A DNA stretch of 64,000 nucleotides from an uncultured Veillonellaceae bacterium (GTDB taxonomy: Bacteria > Bacillota > Negativicutes > JARBTT01), in assembly GCA_963805085.1 (NCBI GenBank), contig CAWDTA010000003.1, forward strand, positions 224,001 through 288,000, read 5' to 3'. The first letter of the stretch is position 1, and each line of letters opens with the position of its first letter. Positions 54,938 through 63,400 of this stretch are shown here, piece by piece. The position numbers and the translations under genes are program-made. Below the pieces are notes generated by a model, which ran no database searches, was not told the DNA's origin, and saw only the letters and a list, made by a program, of their open reading frames with translations.

Positions 54938-56221
54938 ATGAAGTATACATTACCTAATGGAATGACTGTAGATGAAAATGGGATACAAGTACTCCCTGAT
55001 AATAATCAGCAATCGTCAGAAACTACAGAAACAGTGTCGCAAGTAACTACTGCTAGTGGAATTGACATTGGTGAAGAAGCCAAGAAGGCAATGGCTAGAG
55101 ACAATGCAAACGATCAGGGGAGCGAGAAAGTAGAGGTCGGCTCTGCCTTCGCGCAATCGGGAAACGATGTTCATGCTCCAAGTGGAGAAGAATACTACTA
55201 TCGAAGGGCGCAAGAAATACAAAATGAACATCCCGATTGGACTACTGATCAGATAACGAATAAAATGTCGGAGGAAATTTGGAACAACAATTATCATGCA
55301 TTAATGGAGGATATTGCCCACAGTAAAACGCCCGCAGAGCGAGACGCAAAAATCGAACAGTATAAATCGCAGCTTCTAGAGTATTATGTTTCTGGAATTG
55401 ATGTTGATAATGATGTAGAATATCTTAGAGAAGTACAAGGTGTAGAACCTCAATACAGATTATCACCAGACAATCCCGCGTTTGTTGATGCAATATTAAG
55501 TTTTCAAGATAGGGCAAATGGTTATGATTTAGAGGATAATGAAAATCATATAAAATGGAGAATTAAACCTTCTGGTGCAGTGCATCCTGATGATTGGGAC
55601 AATTATCTGATACAGCAAGAATATAAACAGTCTATACAAACAGTTTCTGATAACAACGTGATAAATTCAGAAAATGTGCATAAATTATTAGATGTAGCAG
55701 GTCTTTTTCCTGCTGCTGGTGCTGTTCCAGATCTAGGAAACTCGGCTTTATATTTGTTTGAGGGTAATTATGAAGAATCGAGAAATAGTGCAATTGCAGC
55801 AGTACCATTTGCTGGAGATTATTTTGCCGTAGCAGTAAAAGGTAGTAAGCTTTTCAAAGGTGTAGATGAAACGCGTAATGCTGTTGTCGAAGCTGAGCGC
55901 ATAGTGTCTCAAGACGTTGGTAAAGCCCCGAATGCCAACAATTATAGAAAATTATTTTTGAAGGAAAACCCAGAGATGCCTAAAACATATCAAGTGCATC
56001 ATACTTTGCCGCAAAAGTACGAAGAAATTCTAAATTTCAAGGAAATTAACATTCATGAGGCGAAGTATCTAGAAGGAATTGATCCAGATATTCATAAACA
56101 GATAACAAAGGAATGGCAGAAGTGGGACAAATCTTTAGGAAGAACTCCCACCTCAGAGGAGGTATTTGACTTTACACAGAAAATAGATAGTAAATATGGT
56201 CAGTTTTGGTACAAAAAATGA
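54938..56221 (+). CDS. Polymorphic toxin 2: shared domain, pre-toxin TG-like segment, putative His-metal (HNH/AHH-like) nuclease
   Basis: LDVAGLFPAAGAVPDLGNSALYLFEG...AAVPFAG (PT-TG-like); C-terminus QVHHTLPQ...IH...GI...IHKQIT..W. Confidence 0.68.
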   Translation: MKYTLPNGMTVDENGIQVLPDNNQQSSETTETVSQVTTASGIDIGEEAKKAMARDNANDQGSEKVEVGSAFAQSGNDVHAPSGEEYYYRRAQEIQNEHPDWTTDQITNKMSEEIWNNNYHALMEDIAHSKTPAERDAKIEQYKSQLLEYYVSGIDVDNDVEYLREVQGVEPQYRLSPDNPAFVDAILSFQDRANGYDLEDNENHIKWRIKPSGAVHPDDWDNYLIQQEYKQSIQTVSDNNVINSENVHKLLDVAGLFPAAGAVPDLGNSALYLFEGNYEESRNSAIAAVPFAGDYFAVAVKGSKLFKGVDETRNAVVEAERIVSQDVGKAPNANNYRKLFLKENPEMPKTYQVHHTLPQKYEEILNFKEINIHEAKYLEGIDPDIHKQITKEWQKWDKSLGRTPTSEEVFDFTQKIDSKYGQFWYKK

Positions 56222-56228
56222 AAGGGGA

Positions 56229-56588
56229 ATGCAAATGGAAAAACAAAAATTACTTTTTGAAAATCTAAAACGTATAAAAGATTATTGGGTTACCAACGGG
56301 ATACGAGATATTGAGCCTGATGCTGATTTGAGATTTTCTGATGTTAAGGAGGCCATTCAAGAATTGCAAAAAATAATATCTACTCAAAGTCAAAAAGATG
56401 CCTATAAGAGAGTCTTAAATGATATTATTGAAGGGGTTTTTCACTCTACTTTAGTAATGATTGATGGTGGAGATGCTTTAGCTGATAATATGAAAATTGA
56501 TTTAGTGGATTTTGATACTGGTGAGTCGTTAAAGGGCAAAACAGCCTTGCATGAAGAGTTTTTCGGCTATTTGCTGGATAATGAATGA
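56229..56588 (+). CDS. Putative immunity protein for toxin 2
   Basis: Small acidic gene right after toxin 2 with an AGGGG RBS; HSTLVMIDGG and LHEEFF motifs. Confidence 0.6.
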   Translation: MQMEKQKLLFENLKRIKDYWVTNGIRDIEPDADLRFSDVKEAIQELQKIISTQSQKDAYKRVLNDIIEGVFHSTLVMIDGGDALADNMKIDLVDFDTGESLKGKTALHEEFFGYLLDNE

Positions 56589-56647
56589 AATTAAGATAAT
56601 TACTAACAACGTGGCAGCATCTCATGAGATGCTGCTATTTCCATTAC

Positions 56648-57586
56648 TGGACTACTGATCAGATAACGAATAAAATGTCGGAGAAAATCTGGAACAATAA
56701 TTATAATGCATTAATGGAGGAGATTGCCCACAGTAAAACGCCCGCAGAGCGAGACGAAAAAATCGAACAGTATAAATCGCAGCTTCTAGAGTATTATGTT
56801 TCTGGAATTGATGTTGATAATGATGTAGAATATCTTAGAGAAGTACAAGGCGTAGAACCTCAATACAGATTATCACCGGATAATCCCGCGTTTATTGATG
56901 CAATATTAAGTTTTCAAGATAGGGCGAATGATTATGATTTAAAGTATAATGAAAATTATGTAAAATGGAGAATTAAACCTTCAGGGGCAGTGCATCCTGA
57001 TGATTGGGACAACTATCTGATACAGCAAGAATATAAACAGTCTATTTCAGATAATATGGTAGCGAAAGCTAGTATGGTTGTTGGTGGCCCTATAGCAGGA
57101 AAGGCATCCCAAGAGGTTAGCGTAGTTACAAAAGAAATAGCTGAGACTGAAAGTACTTTTGTGCAGGAATCAAGTAATGCTGTTGCTCGTGATACATATG
57201 ATGGAGTAAAGGAAGCTTCAGAATATTTGAAGTCTCAGGGAGTTTCTAGGCAATTCCGCAAACAAATATTAGAATCATTTGATGCAGGGACTATTAAATT
57301 GCAAGTTGCAGATGAAAATACTTATGGATTAAGATTTTATGATGGAGTAAATGCTGAAGCTAGGGGGAGATATCTGTTTGAAAGTTTTAACAATTTAACT
57401 AATCGTCAAAATTTAGCACTTCCACCAGAATGGAATGAAATGAGTGGGATTAAACAGTGGCGAATTGAACCCGATACAACAATGATAACAGGAGAAGCTG
57501 CTTCACAGTTTCAATTTGGATTTCGATATGTCGGAGGTGAAAAACAATGGTATATAACGGATCTAAAAAATCTTCTAGAACCATAA
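56648..57586 (+). CDS. Orphan (5'-truncated) polymorphic toxin 3 with putative TNT/ART-like C-terminus
   Basis: 56648-57045 is near-identical to 55238-55635 of toxin 2 and has no proper start or RBS. The C-terminus differs: GLRFY...RGRYL...LALPPEWN...YVGGEKQWY. Confidence 0.62.
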   Translation, partial: WTTDQITNKMSEKIWNNNYNALMEEIAHSKTPAERDEKIEQYKSQLLEYYVSGIDVDNDVEYLREVQGVEPQYRLSPDNPAFIDAILSFQDRANDYDLKYNENYVKWRIKPSGAVHPDDWDNYLIQQEYKQSISDNMVAKASMVVGGPIAGKASQEVSVVTKEIAETESTFVQESSNAVARDTYDGVKEASEYLKSQGVSRQFRKQILESFDAGTIKLQVADENTYGLRFYDGVNAEARGRYLFESFNNLTNRQNLALPPEWNEMSGIKQWRIEPDTTMITGEAASQFQFGFRYVGGEKQWYITDLKNLLEP

Positions 57587-57852
57587 TTTTAAAAAATCAA
57601 GTATTAATACTTATGGATAAGGCTATAGAGGATATTCAAAGTGAGATAAATAAACATAAATGTGGGATAATGGCTAATGGAACGATTGCCCAACTAGAAC
57701 ATATATGTAAAGAAGTTGAAAAAATGAAATCTACACTAAATTCCAAAATATTTCTCCCATCATATCCAGTGATTATTGTAGATTCATGGGATTTCAAATC
57801 TACTTTAGGGAATGATTTATTAAACTTATTGGAAAAATATAAAGAACTGTGA
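57547..57852 (+). CDS. Putative immunity protein for toxin 3 (start uncertain, possibly ATG 57613)
   Basis: Small helical ORF overlapping or abutting the toxin 3 stop; IIVDSW...LG..L motif. Confidence 0.55.
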   Translation: MVYNGSKKSSRTIILKNQVLILMDKAIEDIQSEINKHKCGIMANGTIAQLEHICKEVEKMKSTLNSKIFLPSYPVIIVDSWDFKSTLGNDLLNLLEKYKEL

Positions 57853-57959
57853 GAAAAAATAAAAAATGATTATATCAAAAACTAATTGAGAAAAAGTGAC
57901 GCGTGTGCTTTTGTCTCAACTAAAATGTAATTAAAGAGCAAAATGGCTAGCAGAGATGC

Positions 57960-58908
57960 CAATGTCATTAAGTTAAGGGTAGAGGATAAATCTCTAAAAG
58001 AATTGAGTACAAAAAATGCGTACCCGGTTCTTTTTTTTGTAGAAAAAGGTTGACAAACAGACAAAAATATGTGGCGCAGCCCCTTGAATGAATACATTTT
58101 GGGAGGTTTCGCTTATGAATTTCTCTGAAAGCGTGAAACAGGTATTGTTGGGAAAAATACAGGAGATGGCAACTTGTCCTAGATCGTTTGTACGCAATCC
58201 CGACAGTGATTTTACAAGAAAGCGAAAGCTTGATCTTGAAACAACTATTCGGTGTCTGATTGCCATGGAAAGCGGTAGCCTGAAGAAAGAACTGTTGGAG
58301 CTTTTCCATTACAATCTTGACACCGCGACGGCATCGGCTTTTAATCAGCAACGGGAAAAGATACTGCCGGAAGCGTTGGAATTTCTTTTTCGTGAGTTCA
58401 GCAAAGCTTTTGCACAATATCAAACATATCGTGGATATCGATTGCTAGCCTGTGACGGCACTGCCTTGAACATAGCTCGAAATTCAACCGATCAGGAAAC
58501 TTATTTTCAGTCAATTCCCGGAGATAAGGGGTTTAATCAACTCCATCTAAATTCTCTATACGATTTATGCAGCAGACGCTACGTAGATGCCATAATCCAG
58601 CCGGAAAGAAAAAAGAATGAGTGCCGTGCCATGACGGACATGATCGACCGGTGCGTTTCCGAACACAAGACAATATTTATTGCCGATCGCGGTTATGAAG
58701 CTTACAACACCTTTGCCCACGCAGAGCAAAGAGATATGTATTATCTTATACGCGTAAGAGAATCCGGGCATAGCATGGTAGCTAGCTTTGGGTTGCCACT
58801 AACCAATTCATTCGATACACGAGTACAATTGACACTGACCCATAAACAGACAACTCAGGCAAGAGCCTGTCCCAGTTATAAATTCCTTCCCTTAACTTAA
58901 TGACATTG
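57960..58908 (+). mobile_element. Internally deleted IS4-family insertion sequence
   Basis: Perfect 20-bp terminal inverted repeats CAATGTCATTAAGTTAAGGG; 10-bp target duplication GCAGAGATGC at 57950-57959 and 58909-58918. Confidence 0.9.
58115..58900 (+). pseudogene. Truncated IS4-family DDE transposase
   Basis: DFTRKRKL, SAFNQQREK, LLACDGT and IADRGY motifs. The ORF runs into the right inverted repeat before the C-terminal catalytic Glu region. Confidence 0.85.
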
Positions 58909-59103
58909 GCAGAGATGCTAGTCATTTTTGTTGAGCTGAACAAGCAAATCCGAAAGCACAAGCGACAGCAAAACAATAGCTACCAAAGAAAATAATATGT
59001 GACCTTCGGGATGTTCCATGGATTGTTAGACAAGTTAACCATGACGTATAACAATCCCTAAATGTAAATTTCGAAAACCATAAAAACAAAGGAGGAAAAA
59101 ACA

Positions 59104-59466
59104 ATGGCACAATTTCCAGATATCCAACAGCCAGTATACCCATTTACCACTAAAATCAAAGACCCTTCTCTGCAGTCCGAAATGGAAAACGGGATGGTTC
59201 TTTCCCGGGCTAAGTTTACTCGGGTACCGAAGACTTTTACTCTGAAATGGACGGCCCTGCCTGCCGCTGATTACGCGAGTTTGCGTGATTTTTACTGTAA
59301 TACGGTTTATGGTGGGAGTTTGGCATTTGACTGGTATTATCCAACTGTTGCGGACGACTCGTATTCTGGTAAGCTGTTCTCCGTTCGCTTCAAAAGCGAA
59401 GACATTAGTTTCGATTTAGCAGCACCGGGCTACTATTCCGGCAGTATAACAATTCAGGAGGTGTAA
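59104..59466 (+). CDS. Distal tail protein (gpM/Dit-like), copy 2
   Basis: Three amino-acid differences from copy 1; heads the intact tip operon. Confidence 0.72.
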   Translation: MAQFPDIQQPVYPFTTKIKDPSLQSEMENGMVLSRAKFTRVPKTFTLKWTALPAADYASLRDFYCNTVYGGSLAFDWYYPTVADDSYSGKLFSVRFKSEDISFDLAAPGYYSGSITIQEV

Positions 59467-59467
59467 T

Positions 59468-60085
59468 ATGTTAAATTTATCAGTTGCCGGTATGCTGGAA
59501 AAAAGTCAGCTTTCCAGTGACGGTGTATGGCTTTTGCTAGTGGAAGTTACCATTCCAGAATCTGCTGAGCCTTTGCGACTTGTGCGCAATAATGAGGACA
59601 TCAGTTGGAATGGCTATACTTGGACAGCGTTTAATTTTAAACTCGGTGACATTACAGAGGATAGCAAAGGCAGGCCGCAGTCCGTACCGCTGCAGGTTTC
59701 AAACCTAACGCAAACTGTCCAGGCCTATGTAGAGGAAAATAGCGGTCTGACGGGTACGACGGTAGCACTGCGGGTGGTCCATTCCGAGCATTTGGACAAT
59801 GCTTCACCTGAATTGGAAGAAATCTTTACTGTGCAGTCTACGACCTGTGATAGTAAATGGATTACTTTTTACCTTGGCTGTGAAATATCCATTCAGCGGA
59901 GATTTCCTGCTCGGCGGGTACTGAAGAATTTCTGTGCTTGGCGCGATCAATACAAGGGAATCGAATGCGGGTATAACGGATCGCTCGCGGAGTGTGACGG
60001 CACGCTAGAGTCCTGCCGTGATCGAGGCAATGCGGCTCGCTACGGCGGCGAACCTAGCATTCCGGAAGGAGGTTTGTATGCCTAG
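59468..60085 (+). CDS. Tail tip protein, lambda gpL/DUF1833-like
   Basis: LRLVRNNEDISWNG motif; C-terminal four-Cys cluster (FCAW, ECGY, ECDGTLESC) as in gpL. Confidence 0.78.
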   Translation: MLNLSVAGMLEKSQLSSDGVWLLLVEVTIPESAEPLRLVRNNEDISWNGYTWTAFNFKLGDITEDSKGRPQSVPLQVSNLTQTVQAYVEENSGLTGTTVALRVVHSEHLDNASPELEEIFTVQSTTCDSKWITFYLGCEISIQRRFPARRVLKNFCAWRDQYKGIECGYNGSLAECDGTLESCRDRGNAARYGGEPSIPEGGLYA

Positions 60086-60482
60086 TATGAAGAGAACATT
60101 TACGGATATCATCGGCTTACCATTTGTTGATGGTGGGCGAGACCCAACTACTGGTTTTGATTGCTGGGGACTCTCTACTGAAGTTTTCCGACGCTACGGG
60201 CTTAAGCTGCCCGACTACAAAATATCTTGTGAAGAGGCTAGTTCGATTCACAGTGAAGTGCATAAGCAAAAACAATTTTGGCGCAGGTGTGAGGGAGAAA
60301 TCCCCGTTCCTGCGCTTGTTGTTATCCGCTTTACCGTGTACTGTGACCATACTGGGGTGTACATTGGTAACGGTCGGTTTATCCATACCCGCAAAGGAAT
60401 TGGTGTCAACATCGACCGCATTGACAGCCCCGCTTGGGCGAAACGTATTGAAGGATTCTATGTACCGGAGGTGATGGCATGA
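60078..60482 (+). CDS. NlpC/P60 (C40) tail assembly peptidase, gpK-like
   Basis: GFDCWGL, HTGVYIG and FIHT catalytic motifs; ATG at 60078 after AAGGAGG. Confidence 0.85.
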   Translation: MPSMKRTFTDIIGLPFVDGGRDPTTGFDCWGLSTEVFRRYGLKLPDYKISCEEASSIHSEVHKQKQFWRRCEGEIPVPALVVIRFTVYCDHTGVYIGNGRFIHTRKGIGVNIDRIDSPAWAKRIEGFYVPEVMA

Positions 60483-63400
60483 TTACAATAACGATTATAA
60501 AAAACCCGTTTGATCATAGTGAAAAAGAAGTCTATACGTTAGAATACATCCCTGAAAAAACGGCATTTGAGTATGTTCAGCCTTATATTATGGGATTGGA
60601 GGACTATATTGTCAGTATCAACGGCGACGTTGCGGAGGATGCAAAAGTACAGGTGGTAAATTGTGATGACTGGCTGGCCGTTTGTCCAATTGTCGGTAAA
60701 AGTGGCCGGGACTGGTTTAGAACTATTGGAACGATGGCAATGGGATACGCTGTTAGCGGGTTGGGAAATGCGAAGGCTTGGAGAGCCTTTTGGGGAGAAA
60801 GTAAATTCTGGGCTAATATGGCCGCTGGGGCTGTTGGCTTAGTCGGCGGAACATTAATCAACCATTGGTTCCCTGCGGCCAAAGCAGATCAGGTCGAAAC
60901 CAAATCATCCTACAACTGGAGCAACGCGCAATCACAAACCGGTCAGGGCAATGCTCTGGCCGTTACGTATGGTACCATGCGGACAGCGGGGCAGATACTT
61001 GCACAGCATGTGTCAAGTAATGACGAAGATCAGTATCTGAATATCCTGCTGTGCGGCGGCGAAGGGCCGATTGACAGTATTAACGATATTCGGATTAATG
61101 ACAATCCCATTTCTTACTATAAAGGCGTAACTGTTGAAACCAGACTAGGTGCTAATGATCAAGCAGCGATTGCCAATTTTAACGATACCTATGATGATCA
61201 GTCGTTAGCCTACGAACTCAATACCGACGGCAGTTGGGCCACGCAGCAAACTGAGGGGAATGCGGTAGAGGGACTGGAAATCACGTTGCAGTTTCCCGGC
61301 GGTTTATACTATGTCAATGATGACAGCGGCCTAGGAAATGCCTCTGTTACTGTAATCATGCAGTACCGTAAAGTCGGTGATACGGATTGGAATAGTGTTA
61401 CTACCGCCACCATTACGGCAGCGAAAAACACCGCTTTTTTCCGAACCTATCGCCTAGATAATTTTACTGCCAATCAATATGAAGTAAGAGCCCAGTGTAC
61501 ATCTAAAAGTGGTACAAGTACTCGGTATTCCACCCACGTGTATTGGACGCAGCTATCGAGCATCATGTATGACGATTTTGCCCGTCCCGGCAAGGTACTT
61601 GTCGGCATCAAGGCGCTCGCAACCAACCAGTTGAGTGGAGGCACGCCGAGTATAACCTGGCTGCAGACTCGCGATAAGGTTTGGGTCTGGAATTCTGAAA
61701 CCAGCAAATATGAACAAAAATCTGCTGCGAATCCGGCTTGGGCGGCCTATGATATGATTCACCGTTGCCGACAGATTAAAAATATCCACACCGGTGGCTA
61801 CGAGTTTGTTGTCCAAGGCGCTCCGGCATCGCGAGCAGTGTATCAGGATTTCGTCCGATGGGCGACGTTTTGCGATGATCGAAGTTTAACCTTCAATTAT
61901 ATCTTCGATACGGCGAATGATCTCTGGACATTGCTGCAGAAACCAGAGGGCGTTGGGCGGGGCAAAGTTATCATGCGGGGTACAAAGTTTGGTTGTGTCT
62001 GCGATGCTCCCGGTGATCCAGTGCAACTATTTACTGTTGGCAATATCCTTACCGATAAATTCAAGGAAAGCTTCGTCAGCCTGAAGGATCGGGCCAACGC
62101 GATAGAAGTTTCCTTTCCTAATAAAAACAAAGCCTATGAAAAGGAAGTTATTACGGTTTATGCTGACGATTATGACGAGTCGACAGAACCCAATATCACC
62201 CAGATTACCTTGGATGGCGCTACCACTGTCGAACAGGCTTACCGGGAAGCCAAATATCGGTTAAGGCTAAATCAATACCTAGTGCGGACGGTGGAACACA
62301 GCGCAGATATTGATGCAATCGCCTGCCAAATTAACGATGTTGTCCTATTGGCGCATGATGTGCCACAGTGGGGCTTTTCCGGACGCCTGCTTGCTGCAAC
62401 GGCGACGACACTGCAGCTTGATCGCGAGGTAACGCTCGAACCGGACAAATCCTACGCTGTGGCGCTTCAGATTACCAATTTGGCGGCAACGGCGAATCAA
62501 GACGTCCAAACTATTGTAACTGTCGGTGTGCAGGGGGTAACAGAGGAAACTACCACCGATACGATCACCGTTATTGATTCGTTGTCTACAGTTCCACTAA
62601 AGTGGGATCTCTATAGCTTTGGTGAAACGAACAAAGTTGTTAAGCCGTTTAGAGTACTCAATATCAGTCGTGATCAGGACCTAAGGCGCAAAATTTCTTG
62701 CCTTGAATATATTGAGGAAATCTACACGGAGGCAACAGATATACCTGAAATAAATTATAGCGAGCTGGATACGATGCCTGAGGCTAGTAGTCTAAGTGTC
62801 GCTGAAGAAACCTACCGACAAAAAGATGGCACTATGGTTTCTGATCTTAATGTTTCTTGGCGCATCCCGCGTACGAATGAGATCAGTGGTTATAAAGTAC
62901 TGTATAGTAGCGACAATGGCACGACCTGGACGGAGTGGTGCAGAGGTATAAAAGTGCTAAGTACTTCAATTGTCGGCGTAAAAACGGCGACTACGTATTT
63001 GGTAAAGGTTTGCACCATCAATATTCTTAACAACGTATCGAATGGAATTCAGGCTTCAATATATGTTACCGGGAAAGATCGTCCGCCATCCGATGTTGCC
63101 AGTTTGGCGGCCTCGTTTGATACTACAGATTTATCAAAAGTCATTCTGTCATGGTCAGCGGTTGATGATATTGATCTAGCTGGATACCGAATTCGAGAAG
63201 GTACGAAGATTATCGAAAATCTGGCTCAGATTACGACCTATACCTATGCTGCAACTGAAAGCCGTGCGCACACCTTCGCGGTTACGGCTGTCGATAATTC
63301 TGGCAATGAGTCTGCTGCGGCAGCTACGGTAACTGTAAAGGTAACCGTTGAGCCAGCCGATGTTCAAGATTTTGCTATTAAGCAGCGAGCGTCCGACCGT

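Noticed and set aside
55238-57045. Toxin 2/3 repeat as a diversity-generating retroelement TR/VR pair
   Set aside because: Mismatches are not adenine-specific and no reverse transcriptase is present in the window.
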